64,000 bases of DNA from Gloeobacterales cyanobacterium (lineage in GTDB: Bacteria > Cyanobacteriota > Cyanobacteriia > Gloeobacterales > PMM-0068): NCBI GenBank assembly GCA_038245785.1, contig JBBRSB010000001.1, forward strand, positions 320,001-384,000. Reading direction: 5' to 3'. Every line of letters begins with the position of its first letter. Within the stretch, counting starts at the first letter, position 1. Of the stretch, positions 49,158-58,723 are shown in pieces. The notes under the pieces were generated by a model that saw only the letters and a list, made by a program, of their open reading frames with translations, had not been told where the DNA came from and made no database searches. Both the position numbers and the translations under genes were made by a program.

Positions 49158-50609
49158 TCACCCACGACACAAATACTTCAGCAACGACACAATCTCATTC
49201 AGCGGTACCATCTGCTGAGAGCGGTCATTCATATTGCGTAGGGCAACGACACCGCTTTCGATTTCGCTAGGGCCGAGAATCAAAACATAGGTAATTTTCT
49301 TCTCATTGGCATAGCCCAGCTGCTTGCGCATCTCATTAGGGCTAAAAGGCTCATCCCCATAGAAAATTTCAGTGCGGATCCCTTCATGACGCAGTTGCTT
49401 CGTTAGATTCAAGCCGAGCGTAGCCGCTCCTGGATCGGTGAAGCGCGTTACCAGCACTTCAGAAATTGGAGGCACGGTTTGCAATAGATCCAGCATTTCC
49501 AGGGCGGTCAGCAAGCGGTCTAAGCCAAAAGAAGTGCCCACTGCAGGCAGGTCAATTTTGCCATCGGATAGGTCATGAATCAGACGGTCATAGCGTCCAC
49601 CACCGCCGATACTGCCTATATTTGCAGGTGTCACGGTTTCAAAAATCGTCCCGGTGTAATAATCCAATCCACGGGCCAATGTGAGGTCCACTTTGTAGTT
49701 TTGCTCTGGGACTTCATAGTCTTTCAGATGGCCCAGGACCTTCTCTAGGTCCTGAATTCCTGCGAGCGCTAGGGGAGATTCAACCAGCAGTTCTTGAGCC
49801 TGAGCTAAAACTTCGAGGGAATTTCCTTCCAGGCCAATTACCTTGAAGAGTTTTTCAACGGTCTCTTTTGCACAATTTTTGGCTAATAACTCCTGCTGGA
49901 CTTCTTCTGGAGTAGCCTTGTCCAACTTGTCCACCGCCGTCAGGGCCACTGCTTCTTGATTTTTAGGAATGCCCGACCATTGAATCAAACCCGTCAGTAA
50001 TTTGCGGTGATTCATCCGAATCGTGAAGGAGGGAAAACCAAGGCTGCTTAGGATTTCAGAACCAATAGCCACCAGTTCGGCTTCGACCAAGAGGCTTTCT
50101 GCCCCAATCACGTCTACATCGCACTGAAAAAACTCTCGATAGCGACCGGCACCCGGTCTATCGCCCCGCCACACGGGCTGTATTTGATAGCGCTTGAAGG
50201 GACGAGCCAATTTGCGTAGCTGACGCTTGCCCTTGGCGTCCGAAGGGTCTGGATAGGTTTGGTCGCCATACATGCCCATCACCCGTGAAAGAGGAACGGT
50301 CAGGTCATAGCGCAACGCGAGGCGTGACTCAGCCTCATTCAGGTAACTAACCAAGAAATTAGGTTCGTCCGTCTCCTGTTTCAAGGCCTCTCTCAGCTTC
50401 CCACTACTAATCACGTGATAAATCAGTTTTTCCCCTTCTTCGCCATATTTGCCCGCCAGCGTCTCCCAGCGCTCGATAGAAGGCGTTTCCAACGGTTCAA
50501 AACCATACTTGCGAAATACCTGCTTCATCCGGTCGATGACGTATTCCCGGCGATTCATCTCTTGGGGCAAAAAGTCGCGGGTGCCCCCCATAATCCCAAG
50601 TTCAGTCAT
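49158..50609 (-). CDS. hisS: Histidine-tRNA ligase
   Basis: GTRDFLP, LRYDLTVP, GRYREFFQCDVD, LARGLDYYTG, GGGRYD. Confidence 0.97.
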   Translation of the reverse strand: MTELGIMGGTRDFLPQEMNRREYVIDRMKQVFRKYGFEPLETPSIERWETLAGKYGEEGEKLIYHVISSGKLREALKQETDEPNFLVSYLNEAESRLALRYDLTVPLSRVMGMYGDQTYPDPSDAKGKRQLRKLARPFKRYQIQPVWRGDRPGAGRYREFFQCDVDVIGAESLLVEAELVAIGSEILSSLGFPSFTIRMNHRKLLTGLIQWSGIPKNQEAVALTAVDKLDKATPEEVQQELLAKNCAKETVEKLFKVIGLEGNSLEVLAQAQELLVESPLALAGIQDLEKVLGHLKDYEVPEQNYKVDLTLARGLDYYTGTIFETVTPANIGSIGGGGRYDRLIHDLSDGKIDLPAVGTSFGLDRLLTALEMLDLLQTVPPISEVLVTRFTDPGAATLGLNLTKQLRHEGIRTEIFYGDEPFSPNEMRKQLGYANEKKITYVLILGPSEIESGVVALRNMNDRSQQMVPLNEIVSLLKYLCRG

Positions 50610-50729
50610 CGGTCCACTCAGTAGAAATCATGCACGCTCAATTGTAACGGGCGGAGTGTTCTGGATCAGTTTGCAAGACCTGAGTAATCCGATACCAGTA
50701 CACTAAGGAACACAGGGCTTTAATTATTT

Positions 50730-52232
50730 ATGTCTAATATCCCCTCTGAAGACCGCTTGCGCGTAGTTCGTACCAATATTGCTGCCGTGCAGGTGATTGT
50801 AGAAACCGTGGCTGGAACCCTCGGCCCAAAAGGCTTGGATGTGCTGCTGGTAGACGATTTGGGGCGGATCATTCTGACTAATGATGGGATTGAAATTTTA
50901 AGACAGCTCGATGCCCAACACCCCTGTGCCCGTCTGGTCATTCAAGCGATTGAAGCCCAGGAAACGGCTGTTGGCGATGGCACAACCACCGCTACGGTGA
51001 TGGCTGGAGCGCTGCTCGAATCCGCCCTTCTTGCCCTACAGAAAGGAGTCCCGGTTAATCCGATTCTTTCGGGAATGGTTAAAGCCTCGTCAGTAGCTGT
51101 TCGTGTATTGGAAGACATGTCCAAGCCTGTACCCTTGGACAGTCCACTCCTCCTCCAGACTGCCCTGATTGCGGCCCGTGGAGACGAAACCTTAGCTCAA
51201 TTAGTCGTAGAAGGCGTACGCACCTTGGGCCCTGAGAAACTGAAGGACCCCGAATTCCGATTGAGCAGCCTGATTGCTCCTCGCTTGGGGCAAACCAGTC
51301 AGCTGGTGGCAGGAACCGTTTTGAGTAAGCCAGCCCTAAATCCGCCCCTAATGGCCTGGGAAAAAACGGGTGGCATTTTGGTTGTGGCCGATGCCCTAGA
51401 GCCGGAAAGTTTGGACCCCCAAGCTTTGGGCACGGAAAGTGGCTTTAATCAGTATTTAGTGATCCAAAATCGTTTCCGCGAAGCCTTGCAGAATCTCTCT
51501 GGCAAAGGAATCGTAGTCCTCTTAGCGGAGAGAAGCATTGATCCCACTGCTTTAGAAGTTTTGAATCAGTTGGGAGTCCTTGCTTTTGAACGGGTCAGTC
51601 AGCGCGACTGGCGGCGGATTTGTCAATTTACTGGAGCCACACCGATCACGCGTACGGCGCTGGCCTCCAAAGATTTACCTTTAGGCAAAGCCCACGCCCG
51701 CTATTTGGGAGAACAGGCTCGTCTCCTTTTTACGGAAGGGGTTGGCGAACCGATGGTAACCCTTCAAGTTGGAGCCATCTCTGATGAAGTCCTCGCCGAG
51801 AATGTGCGGGTAACTACCGATAGTTGCGGAGCTGTACAGGCTGCTTTACACCAGGGCATTGTCGCAGGCGGTGGCGCGGCAGAAGTGGCCTGCCGTCCGG
51901 CTGTCCAAGAACTCCTAGACCAAACTCAAACCCTAGAACGATACGGAATCCAAGCAGTGCTAGAGGCGCTGAGTCGTCCCTTAGAGCAAATGCTCAGCAA
52001 TGCTGGCTATGCTCCCCTCGAGAAAATTGCTCAGGTTTTGGCCCAGCAACAAATGGAGCACAATCCACACCTAGGGATTGACCAAGAAACTGGGAATATC
52101 ACGGACCTCTGGAAGCTGGGGATCGTAGATCCAACGGAGGTCAAAACCCATGCACTTAAGGTAGCCTGTGAAATTGCAGGCCGCGTATTGCGGATCCAAA
52201 CTATTGTGCGCAAGCGGGAAGAATCTTCGTGA
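50730..52232 (+). CDS. Thermosome-like (TCP-1/cpn60, group III type) chaperonin
   Basis: GTLGPKGLDVLLVD, TNDG..IL, HPCARL, GDGTTT, GGGAAE, GIVDP..VK; no groES neighbour. Confidence 0.88.
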   Translation: MSNIPSEDRLRVVRTNIAAVQVIVETVAGTLGPKGLDVLLVDDLGRIILTNDGIEILRQLDAQHPCARLVIQAIEAQETAVGDGTTTATVMAGALLESALLALQKGVPVNPILSGMVKASSVAVRVLEDMSKPVPLDSPLLLQTALIAARGDETLAQLVVEGVRTLGPEKLKDPEFRLSSLIAPRLGQTSQLVAGTVLSKPALNPPLMAWEKTGGILVVADALEPESLDPQALGTESGFNQYLVIQNRFREALQNLSGKGIVVLLAERSIDPTALEVLNQLGVLAFERVSQRDWRRICQFTGATPITRTALASKDLPLGKAHARYLGEQARLLFTEGVGEPMVTLQVGAISDEVLAENVRVTTDSCGAVQAALHQGIVAGGGAAEVACRPAVQELLDQTQTLERYGIQAVLEALSRPLEQMLSNAGYAPLEKIAQVLAQQQMEHNPHLGIDQETGNITDLWKLGIVDPTEVKTHALKVACEIAGRVLRIQTIVRKREESS

Positions 52233-53068
52233 AACGAGTTTCATGGCTATGGTTGATGCTGGTCAGCCCGGTGTGTTTGAGTGCAGTGATCGCGGCACCC
52301 CTGTCTTATAAGTTGATCTCTAAAAAAGTGAGTTCAGTGCCAGCTGTTGCGCAGACGCTCCAGCGTCCGTTGGCTGCTACGCCTCCCTCTCCAGCCCAGG
52401 ACATGCAAGCTGTAGGAGAAGTCCAGGTCTTTAATCAGAGTGGCACTCCTATCCAAGTAATCTTGACCCGCAAAGATGGAGCCACCCAAGAAAGCTATTG
52501 GAACTTTTCCTCTCGGCAAGGCAAAGATATGCGCCTGAAAGTAGACGAAAAACCGGTGCTGCTCTTCGCTGGAGATGTAATAGCGGCGATCGCCATGGAT
52601 GGCTCACGCAATTTTTGGGGTCCTTTTGTCACCGGACGTCCCAATGTTCCTCTGACATGGGATATCAAGAAAAAAATGTGGACACTGACGATTAATCGAG
52701 GGCTGGAGCCTATCGCTGCGGGCACCGCTCCCTCCTCCAAGAACCCTCCTGTCCCAGCTACGCCCTCAAGCCGCAAGGGTTCTCTACGGGTCGGTAACAC
52801 TACAGATTTAAAAGTAAGAATTGTCCTGACCAAGCGAGATGGTTCTGTCTCCGGTGCCTTCTGGGATTATGAACCACAGGAAGGGAGTGCCGAAGGGGTG
52901 GAATTGGCCCTTGGCGAAACGCCTCTTGTCGTTCAGGAAGGCGATATCTTGATGGCTTTTAGCCCAGAATTCCCAGACCGCTTTTGGGGACCCGATATTA
53001 TTGGAGCCACCCCCGCTCCTTTTTGGGACAACAAGCGTAGAGTCTGGAGCGCTTTGTTAAAGCCTTAG
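52229..53068 (+). CDS. Exported protein with two tandem copies of a beta-rich domain
   Basis: Signal peptide; repeated N.S/T...VILT..DG....W....GD.....FWGP...G.....W....W pattern. Confidence 0.75.
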   Translation: MKRVSWLWLMLVSPVCLSAVIAAPLSYKLISKKVSSVPAVAQTLQRPLAATPPSPAQDMQAVGEVQVFNQSGTPIQVILTRKDGATQESYWNFSSRQGKDMRLKVDEKPVLLFAGDVIAAIAMDGSRNFWGPFVTGRPNVPLTWDIKKKMWTLTINRGLEPIAAGTAPSSKNPPVPATPSSRKGSLRVGNTTDLKVRIVLTKRDGSVSGAFWDYEPQEGSAEGVELALGETPLVVQEGDILMAFSPEFPDRFWGPDIIGATPAPFWDNKRRVWSALLKP

Positions 53069-53547
53069 GATTCTAGCCAGGGTAATTTTTCAGGCCAGCT
53101 AAAGTCTCCCCATTCCTTAGCTCGTTTGAGATGAAGGGGGTGGGGCATTCGTTCGTAGCCTTTATCTCCAGGCACGGTGATTACATAGACAAAGCCCGTC
53201 CCCCCAGCCCGAATCCCAATTCCCCGCAGAACCTGAGCCGCCTCCAACAAAAACCAGTGAGAGGTGCCCTGGCGGTCTTTTTCCATAAATTGACGCACAG
53301 GAATGACTACGTGCTGAGGCTTATAGCGGTCCCAGCCTCCTGCCTCCAGACTATCCAATTGGGCCCAGCCACCCAAGGGAATATCAAGGTCGGGATATTC
53401 GCCCTTACGTTTTCCCCAGGTGACCAGAGCTGCCCCTTTAGTCCCGACCACGGGTAATTGGGCATGGGGAATGGGAAAGTAGGTCCGACGATGCTCGATT
53501 TGCCCGGACTTTGGATTATGGGCTTTGTACTCTACGCCACCGCACAT
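53065..53547 (-). CDS. Divergent SRAP-like (YedK/HMCES-like) protein
   Basis: MCGG start, WG, FMEKD, ERMP. Confidence 0.55.
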   Translation of the reverse strand: MCGGVEYKAHNPKSGQIEHRRTYFPIPHAQLPVVGTKGAALVTWGKRKGEYPDLDIPLGGWAQLDSLEAGGWDRYKPQHVVIPVRQFMEKDRQGTSHWFLLEAAQVLRGIGIRAGGTGFVYVITVPGDKGYERMPHPLHLKRAKEWGDFSWPEKLPWLES

Positions 53548-53887
53548 GAGTTCGCATTGTCTGTGGACACGTACATCTACTTTATCTGGTCAAAGACTGC
53601 GTGACCTACGCCATAGTAGCGAAGCGTTCGCAAACTCTTGCTAGGCTAAGATAAGTATTTAAGGAACGACAGAGCGAGATTTACCACCTATAGAGCACCT
53701 GTTGAAAAAAATTGAGCAATATTGACCGCAGAATATCCTCTTGCTAAATCTTAGACACGTGCAAACTTTTCATGGTTTTTCTCCAAGCCGCTTGAACAAA
53801 ATTAAGAAATTCTAGTTTTTAGCTTTTTGATGACAGCTCATTGTATAACTTTAGGTTTCTTTCCAAATTCCAAAAATAGAGAGCTTG

Positions 53888-55516
53888 ATGTTAAAAAGTA
53901 AACAGTGGTTGGCACACAAAGAAAATCAGATAGTGGTCCTTCTGTTATTTAGCGGACTACTGTTTAGAAGTATAATTGCTACTTTTCTATCTCCTGGTTT
54001 TGATGAATCCTATTACTATCTCTATGCACTCCATCTTGATTGGAGTTATTTTGATCACCCACCCCTGATTGCATTCACAACAGGATTAGGGCCGTGGCTC
54101 ACAGGCGAAGTCTCTCAGTTCACCATTCGCATAGGTTCTCTACTTTTATACACAGGTACACTGACATTTTTGTATCTAACGAGTGCCCAATTATTTTCTA
54201 AACGAGCGGCGACTTGGACACTAGCAATTGCAACGACCATCCCCATTTTTCAAATTGTTTTTGGAACCCTGAATCTACCAGATGTTCCCTTGATGTTCTT
54301 TTGGTCAGCAAGTCTATATGTTGCTGCCTGCGAGTTTTTTCACAAATCTAAAACTTACGCTCCTAGCTATCGTATTGCCATCCTTGGTTTGTTGGTGGGC
54401 TTAGCTTTCTTAGGAAAATATCATGGTGCTCTTTTAGGCCTAGGCTTAGTGGCTTTTTGCCTAACAAACCCCCGTCATCGCTCGGCCCTATTTTCTCCCT
54501 GGACAGCATTAGGAGTGACTATATTTTTAGCTACTATCTCCCCTGTATTGTTTTGGAATATGAATCATGATTGGGCCTCTTTTCGCTTTCAATCAGGACG
54601 AGTTGTTCCTAGTAATAGCTTAAAAATAAATGATTTGTTTACTACATTTCTCGTGGGCTTAGGTTATCTGTTTCCCACTTTAGGATTGCCCCTGTGGTGG
54701 GTAACTCTAAAGGCAACTTTTGCTCAGGTGATGCCTATCATTAATCCAAAAATAATTCCTATAGAACAAGAGAGTAGTCAGAAACAACGGATGATTTTAT
54801 GGGTGTCTTTACCCATTTTTCTATGGTTCACCTTCATTGGCGGATATCAACCGATCCTTCCTAGCTGGCCAATGCCAGGATTCTTTGGGGCTACGTTACT
54901 ATTAGGACTACAGGCGTCCATCTGGGAAAGTAAATTTCCGCAACGGGTACGCTCTTGGTTGCAAGGCTCAGCCGCTGTTATAGTCTCCCTTATGCTTTTT
55001 GCCCTGCTCCATGTGACCTGGGGAATCATTCAAAAGCCTGGACAATATGCCTTAGGAGGCGGATTTTGGCCCGCTAAAGACGACAGCTCAACTCAACTGA
55101 TTGATATCCAGCAGCTTCGTCAGGGCTTTATCCAATCACCTGTCCTGAGGAAAGCTTTAGCTCGTGCTGATTTTGTCTTTACCAATAGATATTTTCTGGG
55201 AGGACAGATTGCGATGGCCTTGACACCGATCGAGAATAAGAGAATCACTTGTTTCGATGCAGACCTTCGTGGATTTGCCTTTTGGTCAAAAGATACTGAA
55301 GGGCTGAATAAGGATGCTCTTTACATTACCTCTGAACTCTTTGGACAAGGGGAAGACATAAACGCAAAATATGGCAGCTATTTCCGTTCAATTGAAAAGA
55401 TTGGGGAAGTTCCCATTCGCCGAGGAGGGGTAGTGGTACAGGTCTTTAATGTTTACTATGCTAAAACTTTACTCAAACCCTATCCACGACCCTATGGTTT
55501 GAAATCACCATCTTAG
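53888..55516 (+). CDS. GT-C glycosyltransferase family 39/ArnT-like
   Basis: DESYYY, SYFDHPPL, multiple TM helices, GKYHG. Confidence 0.9.
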   Translation: MLKSKQWLAHKENQIVVLLLFSGLLFRSIIATFLSPGFDESYYYLYALHLDWSYFDHPPLIAFTTGLGPWLTGEVSQFTIRIGSLLLYTGTLTFLYLTSAQLFSKRAATWTLAIATTIPIFQIVFGTLNLPDVPLMFFWSASLYVAACEFFHKSKTYAPSYRIAILGLLVGLAFLGKYHGALLGLGLVAFCLTNPRHRSALFSPWTALGVTIFLATISPVLFWNMNHDWASFRFQSGRVVPSNSLKINDLFTTFLVGLGYLFPTLGLPLWWVTLKATFAQVMPIINPKIIPIEQESSQKQRMILWVSLPIFLWFTFIGGYQPILPSWPMPGFFGATLLLGLQASIWESKFPQRVRSWLQGSAAVIVSLMLFALLHVTWGIIQKPGQYALGGGFWPAKDDSSTQLIDIQQLRQGFIQSPVLRKALARADFVFTNRYFLGGQIAMALTPIENKRITCFDADLRGFAFWSKDTEGLNKDALYITSELFGQGEDINAKYGSYFRSIEKIGEVPIRRGGVVVQVFNVYYAKTLLKPYPRPYGLKSPS

Positions 55517-55569
55517 TAATGGTAAAACTCATGATTCCGCAGGAATGCATTCTTTCCTGACTGAGGTTC

Positions 55570-56115
55570 TCACCTGGACTCTTTCAATATTTCAAGAGCT
55601 TCATCGCACCAATCTACCCACTCTGCCTCAAAGCGCATTCCCCGACGCAGGGTGAGATGCATTAATTGTTCTTTCCAGGTTGGGGCTGTGGGATTTGGCA
55701 AAACGGTAGGCTCGATCGCTTGATAGTTCTGTAGCGCCTTCAAATGGAGATTTCGTCTCCGCTCCACTTCTGCAATCAGGTCCTCTGTCGGAACGAGATT
55801 CCCTGCAGAAATCTTAATCAGTAAATCCTCTCGAATCACGCAGGGATGACTGGGTTCAGCTAACCACTTAAGCAGGCTTTGCTTGCCCAGATCGGTAATC
55901 GAGTAAATTTTTTTATCTAGCCGTCCTTCACGCGGTATCGCTTCCGCAGTAACCAAGCCTTCAGACTCTAGTTTCGCTAGCTCCCTATAGATCTGCTGTT
56001 GAGCGGCATTCCAAAAAAAACCAAGCGTCTCGCTGAATTGTTTCGACAAATCATACCCACTCTGAGGGGTTTCTATGAGGCAAGAGAGGATTGCTGCTGC
56101 TAAAGCCGTAGTCAT
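55570..56115 (-). CDS. PadR family regulator with C-terminal AphA-like helical domain
   Basis: SGYDLSKQF, QIYRELAKLE, KKIYSITDLG. Confidence 0.93.
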   Translation of the reverse strand: MTTALAAAILSCLIETPQSGYDLSKQFSETLGFFWNAAQQQIYRELAKLESEGLVTAEAIPREGRLDKKIYSITDLGKQSLLKWLAEPSHPCVIREDLLIKISAGNLVPTEDLIAEVERRRNLHLKALQNYQAIEPTVLPNPTAPTWKEQLMHLTLRRGMRFEAEWVDWCDEALEILKESR

Positions 56116-56229
56116 AGGTTGAAAGACAGAACTACCCCAAATATAGGGGGCAAATTGTCAAAAGTGATTTTTGCAGGTTCCTTGCCCCCGTGCCTTCGAG
56201 CACCTGCTCATCCCTAAACGCTATCATTG

Positions 56230-56275
56230 GATACAACAATTTTTATTCAACTAATTGTATTATATTGCTTGTATA
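56230..56275. promoter_or_regulatory. AT-rich imperfect palindrome, candidate PadR operator
   Basis: ATTCAACTAATTGTAT between divergent padR and devB. Confidence 0.35.
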
Positions 56276-56307
56276 GAATTCATTTCCAAGACAGCGAGGA
56301 TGACTTT

Positions 56308-57531
56308 ATGCAGAATACTGATGAGCGACCGCAGGCATCAGCCTCTCTATTCCTTCGAAAATTGTTGCCTCCGAAGCGCTGGATGCTGGGTCTAGGGACG
56401 GGTACAGCTTTGATAACGCTTGCCCTCTCTGGCTACTTTCTGCGACCGTTGATCGCGGGATTTCAGTCTTCTACGCCCCAACCTGTGCTGCGTCGCCCCG
56501 TGATTAAAGCCGTTACAGCGCTGGGGCGGTTAGAGCCTCAGGGAGAAGTGATTCAACTGGCGGCTTCCACTCAGGGAGGCCGACTGCAGCAGTTGTTGGT
56601 CAAGGTGGGTGATCAGGTCCAAAAAGGACAAGTGATTGCTGTTTTGGATACTCATGATCGCTTGCAAGCGGCCCTGAATCAGGCAAAACGACGGGTAGCA
56701 GTAGCACAAACTCGGTTGGCACAGGTAGAGGCAGGGGCAAAGACGGGAGAGATTAACGCCCAGAGAGCAATGGTTGCCCGGATTTCCGTCCAGCAACGGG
56801 AGGATGTTGCTGCAAAATCTGCCATCGTCCGCCGTTTAGAAGCTGAGGTTCGCAATGCTCAATTGGAATATCAACGCTATGAATCTCTTTACCAACAGGG
56901 AGCGGTTTCAGCTTCACTGCGGGATAACAAAAAATTAGCCCATGAGGTGACCCTACAGCAGCTCAATGAAGCAAAAACCAATCGCAATCAAGTGGCTGAA
57001 ACGCTGGCCAAACAAGTTCAAGAAGCTGAAGCTACGCTTGACCAGATTACGGAAGTGCGTCCTGTAGACGTAGAGGCCGCGAGGGCTGAAGTGCGGAGTG
57101 CAGAGGTCGCCGTTCAACAAGCGCAAGCGGAGCTAGATTTAGCCTCGATCAAGGCACCCAGGAGGGGTCAAATTCTCAAAGTTCAAACCTGGGAAGGCGA
57201 AAGTATCGATAGCCAAAAGGGGATTGTGGCGCTGGGCCAAACAGATCAGATGTACGCCGTTGCAGAAGTGTATGAAACCGATTTACCCAGAATTCGCTTG
57301 GGTCAACTGGCTACGATTACCCGTAATACCGGGGGTTCCTTAACCCAGCCGCTGCATGGTGTTGTGGATGAAGTGGGTTTAGAAGTTGCCAAGAAAGACG
57401 TTTTGAATACAGATCCAGCGGCTGATCTTGATGCACGGGTAGTTGAAGTGAAAATTCGCCTTAATCCGCTCGATAGCCAGAAGGTTAAAGGGCTCACCAA
57501 TATGAAAGTGAAAGTAGCGATCAACCTGTAG
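56308..57531 (+). CDS. devB: DevB-like membrane fusion protein
   Basis: VTALGRLEPQGEVI, AEVYETD, DARVVEVKIRL. Confidence 0.9.
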   Translation: MQNTDERPQASASLFLRKLLPPKRWMLGLGTGTALITLALSGYFLRPLIAGFQSSTPQPVLRRPVIKAVTALGRLEPQGEVIQLAASTQGGRLQQLLVKVGDQVQKGQVIAVLDTHDRLQAALNQAKRRVAVAQTRLAQVEAGAKTGEINAQRAMVARISVQQREDVAAKSAIVRRLEAEVRNAQLEYQRYESLYQQGAVSASLRDNKKLAHEVTLQQLNEAKTNRNQVAETLAKQVQEAEATLDQITEVRPVDVEAARAEVRSAEVAVQQAQAELDLASIKAPRRGQILKVQTWEGESIDSQKGIVALGQTDQMYAVAEVYETDLPRIRLGQLATITRNTGGSLTQPLHGVVDEVGLEVAKKDVLNTDPAADLDARVVEVKIRLNPLDSQKVKGLTNMKVKVAINL

Positions 57532-57563
57532 ACCGTGAATCATTCTCAAAGGAAATAGAAGCC

Positions 57564-58721
57564 ATGAAACGCAGAATCTTTTTAGCCTGGAGACAACTTT
57601 CACGGGAGCGCACACGTATCTTGGTCGCCATCGCAGGCATTGCTTTTGCGAATGTGCTGATGTTTCTGCAAATTGGATTTCGTAGCGCTCTGTTTAATGG
57701 TGCTGTTCAGCTTCATGACAGTTTAGACGGCGATATTGTGCTGGTGAGTGACCGCTACAAGGCGTTGATTGCCCTCGATCGTTTTACAGAACGGCGTTTG
57801 TATCAGGCCTTTGGCTATGAAGGTGTACAGTCCGTTAGCCCTGTGTATTTACAGCCCGTTCAGTGGAAGAATCCAGAAAACAAGCAAATTTGGAATCTCT
57901 ATGCCATTGGTTTTAATCCAGATGACCATGTAATCAATCTGCCTGCAGTACAGGCCAATCTAGAAAAACTGAAACAACCGGATACCGTGATCTTTGATCA
58001 AGGTTCACGGGCAGAGTTTGGGCCTGTTACTCAGCTATTTAAAGAGCATGGTGTATTCAGCACTGAAGTCGAGAATCGGCAGGTGGAAGTTGTAGGACTA
58101 TTCAAGCTAGGAACTTCGTTTGGTATCAACGGCAATCTGATTACGAGCGATATTAATTTTTTACGTCTGTTCCACGAGAGGCGACAAAAAGGACTAATTG
58201 ATATCGGTGTGATCAAATTGGAATCGGGAGCCAATGCCGCACAAGTGCTGCAGAATTTGCGTTCGGGCCTCCCGGATGATGTACGCATTATGTCCAAGCA
58301 AGAATTTATGGATCAGGAGAAAAGCTTTTGGAATACGAGTACGCCCGTCGGCTATGTGTTTGATTTAGGTGCCGTGATTGGCTTTATCGTTGGGGCTGTC
58401 ATTGTCTATCAAATTCTCTATAGCGACGTCTCGGATCACCTGCCAGAGTATGCGACGCTGAAAGCGATTGGTTTTAAAGACCGTTATCTATTATTAGTTG
58501 TCTTTCAAGAATCTTTAATTCTGGCAGCGATGGGATTCATTCCTGGCTTTTTAATTTCACTAGGGTTCTATCAAGTGACACGTCAAGCAACTTTGTTGCC
58601 TATGTTGATGACTCTTGATCGAGCCTTATTTGTATTAGTTTTAACAGCGTTCATGTGTTCTATTTCTGCAGTCATTGCCATTCGTAAACTTCAATCTGCC
58701 GATCCAGCGGAGGTATTTTAA
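57564..58721 (+). CDS. devC: DevC-like ABC permease
   Basis: LAWRQL, AIAGIAFANVLMFLQIGF, YQILYSDV..HLPEYATLKAIG, ADPAEVF. Confidence 0.92.
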   Translation: MKRRIFLAWRQLSRERTRILVAIAGIAFANVLMFLQIGFRSALFNGAVQLHDSLDGDIVLVSDRYKALIALDRFTERRLYQAFGYEGVQSVSPVYLQPVQWKNPENKQIWNLYAIGFNPDDHVINLPAVQANLEKLKQPDTVIFDQGSRAEFGPVTQLFKEHGVFSTEVENRQVEVVGLFKLGTSFGINGNLITSDINFLRLFHERRQKGLIDIGVIKLESGANAAQVLQNLRSGLPDDVRIMSKQEFMDQEKSFWNTSTPVGYVFDLGAVIGFIVGAVIVYQILYSDVSDHLPEYATLKAIGFKDRYLLLVVFQESLILAAMGFIPGFLISLGFYQVTRQATLLPMLMTLDRALFVLVLTAFMCSISAVIAIRKLQSADPAEVF

Positions 58722-58723
58722 TT

